A stretch of 64,000 nt of DNA from a virus (IMGVR_UViG_3300012642_000011:224001-288000); one strand, 5' to 3'. Shown: positions 19,454 to 29,539, counted from the first letter of the stretch. Notes: generated by a model from the sequence alone, not told the origin. A program made the numbers and translations.

Positions 19454-19852
19454 TCAGGCGTCCTCGTTCTTCTTCAGGGCGTTCTTGTCAGCGTCGATTC
19501 CGAAGAGGTCGAGGTGGGTATAGAATACCGCGTAAGCCTTCATCTTTGCCATCTCCTCCACAGTGAAGCGGGGATTGAGTTCGGAGGTGAAAGCGACAAT
19601 CTCGATGACGTAGTTGGACGCGCGGTGCTTCAGGTGGGCGATCACCTTCTCCGCAGAGTAACCCTTGTCCAGAAGCTTCTGCGCGCTGTCAGCAAGAGCC
19701 TTCTGCGCGGTGTAGAACTGCATCGAGGCAGCACGGGAGCCGATGCTGGTCACGATGCCCGCGTCCAGATCGTCCTTGATGATCTGCTTCTGGTTCTCGT
19801 AGAGGGCGTTGGCGTCCTTGATGAACTTGTTGAGTTCGTTGGCGATGGTCAT
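19454..19852 (-). CDS. hypothetical protein, 132 aa
   Basis: Conserved leader; conserved-loop terminator at 19395-19440. Confidence 0.55.
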   Translation of the reverse strand: MTIANELNKFIKDANALYENQKQIIKDDLDAGIVTSIGSRAASMQFYTAQKALADSAQKLLDKGYSAEKVIAHLKHRASNYVIEIVAFTSELNPRFTVEEMAKMKAYAVFYTHLDLFGIDADKNALKKNEDA

Positions 19853-20084
19853 GGTATCTCCTTGAAGAGTGGTGGGTCTTGCCGGTTGCTTGCCCCTTGA
19901 TGACTCCTACTCTACCAGCAAGACGCTCCATTATCCAACCCCAGAGCAATATTGTGTTCTTCAACAGTAAGCGCACACTCGGATGGACGAGTCGCTCTGG
20001 GGACACAAATTAATGCTTAAGTATCCTATACGCACGCATGCCCGCCACCCCTCTGTCGTAGAGTTCTGGCGGGCATGCTGCATG

Positions 20085-20453
20085 TCAGCGAGAGGTGTTC
20101 AGAACCGAAAAAAGGTCATTCATAAGCATGGCGGCAACACGGTTCCGTGACGCCTCATCTGCAGGCACGGGAACGTCCGACATTGCCATGTGGATGAGCC
20201 TCTTCGTCTGGTCAGACAGGAACTCCTCGGCGATCTGGGTATCGGTCGCACCGGCGTCACGCTTTCTCTTGAGGTTGCCAGCAATCATCTTACGATGGCG
20301 GGCGTCCATGAAAGCCTTGAGGTCATGAGAAGAGATCGTTTCAACAAGGTTCGATGTGCTTGCGACCTCTACAGCCGACTTGTAATCCCCCTCAGCACGA
20401 TTGATGAACTGGTCGATGATGAACGTGACGATGTCCTGCTGATCCTGCTCCAT
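20085..20453 (-). CDS. hypothetical protein, 122 aa
   Basis: Conserved leader. Confidence 0.55.
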   Translation of the reverse strand: MEQDQQDIVTFIIDQFINRAEGDYKSAVEVASTSNLVETISSHDLKAFMDARHRKMIAGNLKRKRDAGATDTQIAEEFLSDQTKRLIHMAMSDVPVPADEASRNRVAAMLMNDLFSVLNTSR

Positions 20454-20695
20454 GATGTTCTCCTTGAGAGTGTTGGTCTCGGGCTGTTCCCTTGACCTGA
20501 TGAAATGATCTTACCACACGGGACGCTCCACGGTCAATCTTTCCATGAAACTTCATGCATGAATGGTTCCGCGTTCGGACCTATTCATGCATGGCCCCTC
20601 CCCTGTGGGGACACAATATGGGTGACCACTGTGCGCACGATAAAGCCCCGCCGTCCCTCCGTGATGGAGTTCAGGCGGGGCGTCGGGGGTCAGGA

Positions 20696-20947
20696 TCAGA
20701 GCGTGATGACCTCGATAGCGGCGATCTCCGACAGGTTGATGAACAGGTCAGCGGTGCTCTTGACGACGGCGGGGTACTTACCCTGCGCGTGGTCATCGGT
20801 CAGGATCTGGAAGCCCTCGGCGGACATGCGAGCATCCTCCAGCGGCTCGGGGGCAGTCTTGACCTGCACGCCGGACTTCAGCGTGATGACGACCTGACCC
20901 TCGCGGTGATCGAACTTGTAACCGATAAAGTTCTTGTTCTGCTCCAT
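20696..20947 (-). CDS. hypothetical protein, 83 aa
   Basis: Conserved leader; terminator 20640-20690. Confidence 0.55.
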   Translation of the reverse strand: MEQNKNFIGYKFDHREGQVVITLKSGVQVKTAPEPLEDARMSAEGFQILTDDHAQGKYPAVVKSTADLFINLSEIAAIEVITL

Positions 20948-21147
20948 GATGTTCTCCTTGAAAGTGTTGGTCTCGGGTGGCTCCCTTGACCTGATGGAAT
21001 GACCTTACCACACAGGACGCTTCTTGTGCAACCCACATTGGAGGAGAAGGGAGGGGACACAAGATGTTGCCACCAGAGCACTACGAACATGACAAAGCCC
21101 CGCCGTCCCTCCGTGATGGAGTTCAGGCGGGGCATTATCGGAGTGAG

Positions 21148-21522
21148 TCACTCCACGGGAGCGAGGATCTGGGCGAGCTCTTCATCGGTCAGCGAGTCGT
21201 AGTGGGACTCACCCTCGTCATCCACGCTCTCGCGGATCACCAGCACCGGACCGAACGGGTACGTTTCGTCCATGAGACCCAGACGATTGATGACGTGCTC
21301 GTGGGGGTTGGGAGTGTCGAACCTGTAGATGCCCTCGTCGTCGGCCACGACCTCGATACCGTCACTGTAGTTCTTACGCGGCATGTAGGTGATCAGACCC
21401 AGCCCCGCGACCTCTCGAAAGACGCGGAATGCGCCAGCACCCTCTTCGATGGTCATTTCCACGGCACGCGGGGCAGAGTCGAGGTTGGCGGGAACAAGCA
21501 CGGCCTTGATGGTCTGCGACAT
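21148..21522 (-). CDS. hypothetical protein, paralog of 12843..13226
   Basis: MSQTIKAVLVPANLDSAPRAVEM...; conserved leader. Confidence 0.55.
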   Translation of the reverse strand: MSQTIKAVLVPANLDSAPRAVEMTIEEGAGAFRVFREVAGLGLITYMPRKNYSDGIEVVADDEGIYRFDTPNPHEHVINRLGLMDETYPFGPVLVIRESVDDEGESHYDSLTDEELAQILAPVE

Positions 21523-22151
21523 GGTATCTCTCCTTGAGAGTTTCGGTCTTGGGCGGTTCCTTCGACCTGATGAGACCATCCTACATGATAGGACGCTCCA
21601 CTGTCCAGACCGCACCCAGTCACAGTTGTCGTGGCTGCAGTTACCACTAAAGACATTTTGCTTCCTCAAGGTGTCTTTGAAGTCAATCTGTCCATGAAAG
21701 AGAACGTGATGAATACACTTTGACATTTTGACTCGAAGACTGATTGGACAAATTGATCTGGGGGTGATCCGTAGTGACCCTCCGAACGTCACCACGGCCT
21801 CGTGCATGCTGTGCGGCGCTGTAAGCCTATTTGACGCACTGACATTGCCTCAGCGTCCAAGAGTGCCCTCAGATGTCACCAGAGGCTCACAGAGGCGCTC
21901 ATAGGCTCCTGACGCACTCGGAGAGGGCCACGTGCTCTCGTGCTCTCGTAAAGTCTCCTGCACCCTCACAGGGACCATAATGACCATGTGATGCCATGTG
22001 AGCACGATGGGGCAGGCGCGCAACTGCTGCATCTATCCCTGACGGTGAGAGCGGATAGTGGGCGAGTTGCCATAGGGGACACAAAAGATGATACAAAGAG
22101 ATGACCCCGCTTTGCGATTCAGGTCAGAATCGCAAAGCAGGGTCTAACAGG

Positions 22152-22490
22152 TCACTTCTCGGGGAAGGTGTAGGTCGCCAGCAGTCGCGGAGTCTTGCGC
22201 CCCTCGACGTTCTCGAACACGCGGTACTCAGCGACGGCACCGAACTCGCCCATGCTCTCTGCAACCTTATCGAAGATGTCGAAGGGGTGATGGACGGCAA
22301 AGAGATGCTTTGTAGTCGTCTCGCCATTGCTACCCTCGAAGTAGAACTTCTTGTCGCCATGAAGGCGCACCTTGCCGAAGAACTGGAAAGGGTGGTTCGG
22401 GTTGTTGTTGATTACGCCCTTGTAGTTGACGGTCTTGGCGAACAGGCTGCTCTCCGTGGGAGTGACGTGGGTAACGATGGTCTCAGACAT
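22152..22490 (-). CDS. hypothetical protein, 112 aa
   Basis: RBS GAGGAGAAACC-ATG. Confidence 0.5.
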   Translation of the reverse strand: MSETIVTHVTPTESSLFAKTVNYKGVINNNPNHPFQFFGKVRLHGDKKFYFEGSNGETTTKHLFAVHHPFDIFDKVAESMGEFGAVAEYRVFENVEGRKTPRLLATYTFPEK

Positions 22491-22892
22491 GGTTTCTCCT
22501 CAGAAAATATGGCAGGGTCTTCCTGATCCAGTAATTCGATTCTACTACATCCTCTCTTGCGAGTCAACAACTCCGATGAGACGGTACTGGTGGTTGCCCT
22601 TGCCGTGCCGCTGACACCATTCGGGGACACAGTTAGCACATTGCAGCAAGAGCCACCAAGTAACCCGTAAGGGTGAAAGGTGGCGTAGTGGTCAGTGCTG
22701 ATCAGGTCGATTCCCTTGATGGTGCGCATGATGAGTGCCCTCTTCCTGTTGAGTGATCTTTGTCCATGCAGTCTATCAGGGATGGGGCGAGAGTCAAGTG
22801 GATGTAAAGGTTCCCGAGGGGACACAAGATGATCAGAAAAACACAAGACCCAGCAATTCAACTCACTGGGTCTTGTGTTTGTGCGTGTTCCC

Positions 22893-23114
22893 TCAGTCCT
22901 CGATGTCCTCTGCAACGGTGTAGTCCGCGCTCAGCGACACCCACTTTGCGCCACGGTAGTTGCCCGAGGACAGCGCGACATACTTCATACCATCGAGCTT
23001 AGCCGACTCCAGCATTTCGATCAGCTCGTCGATGCTCTCCGCTGCGTCGTCCAGCGAGTAGGCCAAGCCGCCGCCGCTGAGGATGATGGTATTCTGATCG
23101 GTGATCTCGCTCAT
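22893..23114 (-). CDS. hypothetical small acidic protein, 73 aa
   Basis: Conserved leader variant. Confidence 0.5.
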   Translation of the reverse strand: MSEITDQNTIILSGGGLAYSLDDAAESIDELIEMLESAKLDGMKYVALSSGNYRGAKWVSLSADYTVAEDIED

Positions 23115-23201
23115 GGTCTTCTCCTATGAAATGGTGGTCTTGGGGGATTCCTTGACCTGATGATGAAACTCTACACCACAGGACGCTCCATATGCAAACA
23201 A

Positions 23202-23615
23202 TCAGTTCATCGGGATCATCTTGTCCCAGTCACGGACGAACGTCATGTCCTTGAACGCTTCATGATGAGTATCGCCATAGCGGACGCGCCACTGCTGCAT
23301 CGGTACCAGCCCCTCCCCATTGCGCACCAGTCGCTCGTATCCGGTTTTCGTGTAGCACCCCGACGTGTAGAGAATCTTGCCGTCCTCGGACTCCTGGACG
23401 CGCCGGATGATCTCTTTCGCCAGCCCCTTCCCACGATACTCGGGGCGCACCTCAAGGTCGCACAGAGCCAGTCCCTTTTCCTCGCCCTCCACCACGTGAT
23501 TGTCGTCGTGGTGGAAGTAGCAAAGGTAGGCTACCGGAACACCGTCGATCAGCATGAACGTGTCGATCATGGAGTTCGCCCAGCGCTTCTCCTTGTTAAG
23601 TGTGATGGTGCTCAT
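23202..23615 (-). CDS. GNAT-family N-acetyltransferase, 137 aa
   Basis: Motif A VRPEYRGKGLAKEIIRRV; RBS TAGGAGAACATC-ATG. Confidence 0.6.
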   Translation of the reverse strand: MSTITLNKEKRWANSMIDTFMLIDGVPVAYLCYFHHDDNHVVEGEEKGLALCDLEVRPEYRGKGLAKEIIRRVQESEDGKILYTSGCYTKTGYERLVRNGEGLVPMQQWRVRYGDTHHEAFKDMTFVRDWDKMIPMN

Positions 23616-24011
23616 GATGTTCTCCTATGGGGAGTGCGGGTTTATTGCTGATGAGTAGCGGGGCGGGGAGAACTACCACTCCCCGCCCCGCCGTGTATCC
23701 GTTCAGGCGCTTGTGGGCTTTCCACAGTGACCATCAACCCATTGGGGAGGATGATCCACCGCATTTGAGCTTCTTCGAGAGGCTTGAGTGGCGCTCTGTC
23801 CTGTTGTCTTGATCGTAGCACCCTTGTGCTCATGGTGTCAATGCGAGTTCTCCACGGACAAGGACGCTCCACTGGTCTTGGTCTGTCACGCGCTGTTCTG
23901 GGTCTCGCTACTGTCCATCTCGTTCTTCATAGAAGGGACACAATCCCTGCACAGCGAGAGAGGGCGGGGCTTCCACCGTCTCCGGCTTCCGCCCCGCCCT
24001 CTTGGGTGAGG

Positions 24012-24212
24012 TCAGTAGTCCTCGTCCCGCGTCTCGACCCACTCGGCGTAACTGGACGGACTCATCCATTCAATCCGCAGCGGCTGGCCGGAGGCGCTGA
24101 ACCACTGCCCGCACGAGCACTGCTGGTCGCCCTGACCACGGTAGCACTCCACGGTCTCGCCGCAGCCACACTCCCACGTGTGGGTGGGGGTCTCGAACTC
24201 GTAATCCGCCAT
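24012..24212 (-). CDS. small Cys-rich zinc-ribbon-like protein, paralog of 63422..63622
   Basis: WECGCGETVECYRGQGDQQCSCGQW vs WTCDCGTLVERWRGQSDVQCYNCGQW. Confidence 0.55.
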   Translation of the reverse strand: MADYEFETPTHTWECGCGETVECYRGQGDQQCSCGQWFSASGQPLRIEWMSPSSYAEWVETRDEDY

Positions 24213-24431
24213 GCTGCTCTCCTTGAGAGTGGTGGTCTTGGGATGTTCCCTTGACCTGATGAGACCAGACTACACGATAGGACGCTCCACTGTCCAGTCG
24301 AAAACCGAGAATCTTTCTCCAGAAGGCAGACGGAGCGATCAGGGGACACACATCGAGGCGCGTGTGCGAAGCAGAAACGCCCCGCCATCGTCCTCTCGGG
24401 TGAGGAGTCAGGCGGGGCGGTCTCGGAGTGC

Positions 24432-24599
24432 TCACTTGCTCCCGAAGGCACTCTGTGCGTTGCGGATCGCGGCGCTCTCACGAACCTTCTCGTCCGCCTC
24501 ATCACGCTTGCGAAGAGTCTCGCGCACGGCACGGCCCCACCGCTTGTTCGACTCGCTGATGACGCGGATGCTGATAGTGTTCTTGCTCTCGTTCTCCAT
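24432..24599 (-). CDS. small basic protein (~55 aa, MENESKNTISIRVISESNKRWGRAVRETL...)
   Basis: Below ORF-track cutoff; RBS AAGGAGAGC; coordinates approximate. Confidence 0.35.
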   Translation of the reverse strand: MENESKNTISIRVISESNKRWGRAVRETLRKRDEADEKVRESAAIRNAQSAFGSK

Positions 24600-24842
24600 G
24601 ATGCTCTCCTTGCTCGGAGTTTGATTGACATGACCATGATAGAACGCGTTTGATGTTCATGTCAAGAGGTTTTCCAGAATTCCAGAGAGCGATCTTCGTG
24701 ACGGACTCATCGAGTGAGCGTGGTGGTTGCTGTCTGGGTGAGCAGGGCAAGGGGACACAGTATTCGTGAGCGCGGTAACGCGATGACACCGCCACGCCCC
24801 GCCTGTACTCTACCACAGAGGGACGGCGGGGCGCTGTGTTAT

Positions 24843-25229
24843 TCAGTCCGCGATCAGAACACCCTGCTCAACAAGGTAGTCGATCATCTTGGAGCGCACC
24901 AGCACCCAGCGGGAGCCATCTCCCTCGAAGTCATCACCGATGGTCTCCCACAGGAACTTGGAAGCATCCTCCATGTGCTCGATGCCGTTCGTGTAGAAAG
25001 TCGGAGCGGACTCAAGCGCCTGCTCACTCATGTCCACACCCAGTGCCACCATGATGACACGATCCTCGGGGCCGTCGTAACCGTTGTCCGTGGCCTCCAT
25101 GACCTCGGGGACGGGCACGCCGCGCTCAATGTGAGCCTCGAAGACCTGACTGATGAACTCGATCTCCACCGTGAGGTCGGGGAAGTTGTCGATAGCGTCG
25201 AAGACCTGATGATCGGTGACCTGCTTCAT
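24843..25229 (-). CDS. hypothetical acidic protein (MKQVTDHQVFDAIDN..., 128 aa)
   Basis: Conserved leader. Confidence 0.55.
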   Translation of the reverse strand: MKQVTDHQVFDAIDNFPDLTVEIEFISQVFEAHIERGVPVPEVMEATDNGYDGPEDRVIMVALGVDMSEQALESAPTFYTNGIEHMEDASKFLWETIGDDFEGDGSRWVLVRSKMIDYLVEQGVLIAD

Positions 25230-25403
25230 GTATCTCTCCTTGAGAGTCGTGGTCTTGGGGGAATCCCTTGACCTGATAAGGCCATCGTAGCGCACGTAGT
25301 CCGCTTTGTCGAATCTGCAGACGGGGTAGCCCCAGAGGCCAAAGGGGACACGGAATCAAGGACAACAGAACAGGCGGGGAGTACTATCACTCCCCGCCTA
25401 CTC

Positions 25404-25715
25404 TCAACCTGCGATGTTCTGGGCGCGCTCGAAGTCCCGTGCCAGATTCAAGTCATCCAGAGCAGTGCAGATAGCCTCGTTGTAGGCGGAGATAGCCTTG
25501 CGGGTGCTCTTGTACGACTCGTCGCTGTGCCAGAGAGCGTAGAAGATGTTCAGCGATGTGAAGACGAACGTGACCCCAGAGGTGATGTACAAAGCAACAA
25601 CCAGCGCCACTGCCTCCATCACGCCGAGCACACAGGCAAGCGCGAACACGAGACCACCGGCGATGAAGAACTTAAACGCGCGATGTGAAAAATCATTGGA
25701 CATCTTGCGGTGCAT
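25404..25715 (-). CDS. small membrane protein (2 TM), 103 aa
   Basis: Hydrophobic segments FFIAGGLVFALACVLGVMEAVALVVALYITSGVTFVF. Confidence 0.5.
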   Translation of the reverse strand: MHRKMSNDFSHRAFKFFIAGGLVFALACVLGVMEAVALVVALYITSGVTFVFTSLNIFYALWHSDESYKSTRKAISAYNEAICTALDDLNLARDFERAQNIAG

Positions 25716-25769
25716 GCGGGCGGCGGCATGGAGCCTCCGAGCACGCGAGGCATCAGGGGTTTGCGGTGT

Positions 25770-27150
25770 AGAAAACAGATGCTTAATTACATGCTTTTTG
25801 CTATACTATAATGTAGAAACGGGAAGAAGGTGAAAAATGATACTCACAGAGAAGCATGTGATTCGCAAAAATCACATGAACTTCAATGAGTGCGATCATC
25901 TCGCTTTCTTGAGCAAGAATCTTTACAATTCTACTCTTTTTGCCGTTCGCCAGCACTACTTCAGTAATGGTGAATACCTTAACTACAATAATGCAAATAA
26001 AATCTTCACCATAGAGGGACAAAGCGACTATGTTGCCTTGCCCAGAAAAGTCAGCAAACACACAATGATGCTGGTGGATCGTTCTTTCAAATCCTTTTTC
26101 AAACTCTTGGAGAAGAAAAGAAATGGAGAATATGACAAAACCGTAAGAATCCCAAAATACTTAGACAAAACAAAAGGTCGTCAAGTTGTTCATTATGAAA
26201 AAGGGGCATTGTCCTTCAAGAAGAAGGAGGGGTACCTCTATCTTTCACAGACTAACATATATTTGAAAACCAAGGTAACTTCGGATCAAATTCAATTTGC
26301 TAGAATCGTCCCTCGGGGTGAGCATTATGTGATTGAGGTGGGATATAGGGTTCCTCAGGTAGATAATCTTCACGATAATGGGCGATACCTGTCCCTTGAT
26401 CTTGGGGTGAATAATCTTGTCACAGCAGTGAGCAATGTGACAGCCCCGATACTCTTCAATGGGCGACCATTGAAGAGTATCAATCAGTTTTACAATAAGA
26501 GATTTGCATCCCTTCAGTCTAAACTCGGAGAGGAGGTGAAAAGCAGTAAGCAGATCAAGACTTTGCATCAGAGAAGATTGAACAAAATCAATGATTATCT
26601 CCACAAAGCCTCAAGAATGTTGGTGAATCACGCAGTTGAAAACTCTATCAATACTATAGTTATTGGATACAATAAAGAGTGGAAACAAGACATCAACATT
26701 GGGCGAAGAAACAATCAGAATTTTGCCTCTATTCCTTTTGCAAGGCTTATTGAGATGATTGAATACAAGGCTTCTCTTGTTGGTATCAACACCATCAGAC
26801 AGGAAGAGTCCTATACTTCCAAGTGTTCCTTTCTTGACGATGAGCAGGTGAGGAAAGCCAATTCCTATTCAGGAAGAAGGGTGAGTCGAGGTCTTTTCAA
26901 GACTGGGCAAGGACTTCGCGTTAATGCTGATGTGAATGGTGCCTTGAATATCTTAAGAAAAGCACTGAAAGTATCATGGAATGACCAGTTGTGGTCAGAC
27001 TGTGTAGCGGCGTGCAGTGTGCCGAAGCGGGTCAATATACCAGCTTGAAATGTTAATTCATGTTTATCATGTTTTCAACTAACTGTCCATCTTCTCGTTC
27101 ATCGTAAGTATTTTTTCTCCTTGGGAATAGTGGTTTCCGAGCGTGAAGCG
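25770..27150 (+). mobile_element. second IS200/IS605-family tnpB-only insertion, AT-rich; boundaries approximate
   Basis: GC drop at ~25770, return at ~27150; carries TnpB-like ORF antisense to flanking genes. Confidence 0.55.
25837..27048 (+). CDS. tnpB: TnpB-like protein, 403 aa, with degenerate zinc finger (only one Cys in place of CxxC..CxxC)
   Basis: LSLDLGVNN (RuvC-I), ESYTSKCSF..., NADVNGALNILRK (RuvC-III) typical of TnpB; second CxxC absent; RuvC-II Glu not obvious. Confidence 0.65.
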   Translation: MILTEKHVIRKNHMNFNECDHLAFLSKNLYNSTLFAVRQHYFSNGEYLNYNNANKIFTIEGQSDYVALPRKVSKHTMMLVDRSFKSFFKLLEKKRNGEYDKTVRIPKYLDKTKGRQVVHYEKGALSFKKKEGYLYLSQTNIYLKTKVTSDQIQFARIVPRGEHYVIEVGYRVPQVDNLHDNGRYLSLDLGVNNLVTAVSNVTAPILFNGRPLKSINQFYNKRFASLQSKLGEEVKSSKQIKTLHQRRLNKINDYLHKASRMLVNHAVENSINTIVIGYNKEWKQDINIGRRNNQNFASIPFARLIEMIEYKASLVGINTIRQEESYTSKCSFLDDEQVRKANSYSGRRVSRGLFKTGQGLRVNADVNGALNILRKALKVSWNDQLWSDCVAACSVPKRVNIPA

Positions 27151-27152
27151 GT

Positions 27153-27479
27153 TCAGAGGCTCGTGATCTGGTAAGTGTAAGACTTCAGGTCACCCTTGGG
27201 CTTCGTGGAGTAATCAACTTCCACAGCGACGATGCTCCCGCTCTTGTCAAGCACCGGACGCGCCAGTTCGAACAGGGAGTAGCGAGGGTCACTCTCTTCA
27301 GCGGCGCGCAGAGCGGCAGGCTGGTGCAGTTGGAACAGGCGAGTGTTGCGCTCATCCTGTGCGGTCTGCGCACGGGGTGTGCTCCGCTTCGGCTTCACCG
27401 TGGCGGTGACCTTGTTCTCGATGATTGCGCGGGCGGTGGGAGTCATCAGGGACAGGCTGTGCCGCGTGGAAGACTTCAT
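27153..27479 (-). CDS. hypothetical protein, 108 aa
   Basis: RBS TAAGGAGAGCATC-ATG; 33 nt after upstream gene. Confidence 0.5.
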   Translation of the reverse strand: MKSSTRHSLSLMTPTARAIIENKVTATVKPKRSTPRAQTAQDERNTRLFQLHQPAALRAAEESDPRYSLFELARPVLDKSGSIVAVEVDYSTKPKGDLKSYTYQITSL

Positions 27480-27511
27480 GATGCTCTCCTTAGGGGAATG
27501 ACTGTGTTGTT

Positions 27512-28039
27512 TCAGTCTTCGAAGCGGATAGCAGGAATGATCTTGAAACCATTGTAGCGGGTCTTTTCAAGATAGTCAAGAAGGTCGATTACCAAGTAGC
27601 CCCACGAGGTGTCAGAGGGGATCTTCCAGCCATCCTCGCCAGCATCAAGGACGCGCCGCACGTCAGCATTGAACCTGTGATCGTCTGCCTGCCTCTTGCG
27701 GATACGAGCAGTAGTGTTCTCCACGTAGGTGAGCACTTCCAGAGCCTCGCTCTTGAACGGTTCAGGAAGAGACTGGGCGCTCTCCATCGTGACGTTCTTG
27801 GCGATTTCAAGATCATCGTCATCGAGGTATTGGTTGGAGTTGATGATCTCATCGACCTCACGATCAGCACGAGTGTCGATGAAGTCGTCGCTGCGAAGGA
27901 AGTACTTTTCGCTTGTCATTTTCACCAACTCGGCGTGACAGAATCGAGCGAACTGATCAGGGGAGTTGATGATGTAGTGGTCTCGCTCACGGGTGTCTTC
28001 ACCTGCCAGCGTGACGATGATGGGGTAGTCAATGCTCAT
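27512..28039 (-). CDS. hypothetical protein, paralog family with 46800..47315 and 47466..47978 (SLPEP, GEDGWK/S motifs)
   Basis: Shared motifs across three ORFs. Confidence 0.5.
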   Translation of the reverse strand: MSIDYPIIVTLAGEDTRERDHYIINSPDQFARFCHAELVKMTSEKYFLRSDDFIDTRADREVDEIINSNQYLDDDDLEIAKNVTMESAQSLPEPFKSEALEVLTYVENTTARIRKRQADDHRFNADVRRVLDAGEDGWKIPSDTSWGYLVIDLLDYLEKTRYNGFKIIPAIRFED

Positions 28040-28226
28040 GATGTTCTCCTAATGAATAATTGATGAGTCTTGTTCAAGTGCAATGCTATACCGTCATATG
28101 TGTTACGTCAAGCCTCATCCGCGAGCGATCAAGGAGTTCTCACATGGGGACACAACTTGAGCGCAAGCGCACCCCTTGAACAGCAAAAAGTGGGCAGCGC
28201 CTCCACTACCCACCCTTGCTCATGAG

Positions 28227-28520
28227 TCAGGCGCTCTTGACGTTCGTCTGCACCCACTCGATTGCGTCTTCGGGGCTGGCGAACGTTCCGAGGATAACAG
28301 GCTGTGACTTGCGCAGTCGGCGCTTGTGGTCGGAGTGCTTCAGGACCGTGACGTAGCCGCCCAGATGGATCATGTAGTCCACATCGTGACCATTGACATG
28401 CATGCTCATGTTGGTGAAGTCAGTCATGAGGACGGAGAGATCATTGAGCGGGTGGTGCTCGAAGTCAACGATCTTGTTCGCGGTCTCGGTCAGGTTCTCG
28501 GTGACATCTACGGTGTTCAT
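28227..28520 (-). CDS. hypothetical protein, 97 aa
   Basis: RBS AAGGAGAGAAC-ATG. Confidence 0.5.
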   Translation of the reverse strand: MNTVDVTENLTETANKIVDFEHHPLNDLSVLMTDFTNMSMHVNGHDVDYMIHLGGYVTVLKHSDHKRRLRKSQPVILGTFASPEDAIEWVQTNVKSA

Positions 28521-28712
28521 GTTCTCTCCTTAGAGTGTCTGCGCGGTGTTGCGCTCTGCAATGAACTCTACCCTACGCGGTGGATCATTGTCAAAGCGCA
28601 ACGCAGTGAATGCATATGGGGACACAATACTCGCGGCAGCGCCATGAGCGCAGCAGCACAACGCCCCGCCGTTCATCCTCGGGGGACTACTGGGCGGGGC
28701 GCTGGTGGGGTC

Positions 28713-29042
28713 TTAGCGGGCGAGCAGAGTCCGCACGGACTGGATCATGCGGGTCACGTGCTTGATGCTCTCCTGCGCGTCGTCCGACTCATCGTAGTGA
28801 CGCTCGGCGGTGAAGATGTTGCGATCACCCTGATAGGCGCGGGCATTCACGCGCATGCCGGTGGGGTGGTTCAGGAACACGCTCACATAGACGCGACCGG
28901 CGGGCTCATTGCTGTCCTTGTCGAACAGGTGCTCGAACTCATCGGACAGGTCGAAGTAGGGAGCGCTGAGCGTGTAGCCGAGAGTCTTGTGCTCGTGCAG
29001 GCGGGTGATGGTCTCGTGGATATTCTTGGTCGTCGGCTCCAT
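28713..29042 (-). CDS. hypothetical protein (MEPTTKNIHETITR..., 109 aa)
   Basis: Conserved leader; conserved-loop terminator 28660-28705. Confidence 0.55.
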   Translation of the reverse strand: MEPTTKNIHETITRLHEHKTLGYTLSAPYFDLSDEFEHLFDKDSNEPAGRVYVSVFLNHPTGMRVNARAYQGDRNIFTAERHYDESDDAQESIKHVTRMIQSVRTLLAR

Positions 29043-29287
29043 GATGGTCTCCTTGGGGAGTTGTGGGGTTCGGCTCTTCCTCATCCCTTGATGAATCCCA
29101 CTTTACCAGACAGACGCTCCGCTGTCCAGCCGGAATGAGTAGGGCGAACAACTTTTTCCTCCCTATGCGATGAGGGGGTGGGTGTAGCGTGAGGGGACAC
29201 AGATTGTATGATCACCACATCGGCAACACACACACAACGCCCCGCCGTTCATCCTCTGGGGGACTACTGGGCGGAGCGTGCGGTGGA

Positions 29288-29539
29288 TCAGGCGTTGGTC
29301 TGGTAGCGACGCTCCCACTCGTCCATGATGGAGTTCGCCACGCGGTTGAGGGTGCACGCGTTGGTGTCCATGAGGATGACTCGGTAGCCCTTCTTGCTCC
29401 CCGTGACCGCACCGTAGCGGGTCAGGGTGCGGGCACAGACATGGTTGATGATCTTGGTCACATCCATCTCGTCTGTGCCCTTGAACTGCGGCAGGGTCAG
29501 GGTCATCTCGCCCACGCGGTAGATCTTCATCGTCGTCAT
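29288..29539 (-). CDS. hypothetical protein with MTTMKIYRVGEM N-terminus (chimeric paralog of 18694..19248)
   Basis: Identical first 12-13 aa and upstream region, unrelated remainder. Confidence 0.5.
   Translation of the reverse strand: MTTMKIYRVGEMTLTLPQFKGTDEMDVTKIINHVCARTLTRYGAVTGSKKGYRVILMDTNACTLNRVANSIMDEWERRYQTNA

Noticed and set aside
20460-20540. CTGATGA in the conserved leader (plus-strand text) resembling the hammerhead ribozyme core
   Set aside because: It lies on the antisense of the mRNA leader. No GAAA box or three-stem arrangement could be built around it. It is better explained as part of the promoter/5'UTR (TCATCAG in mRNA sense).
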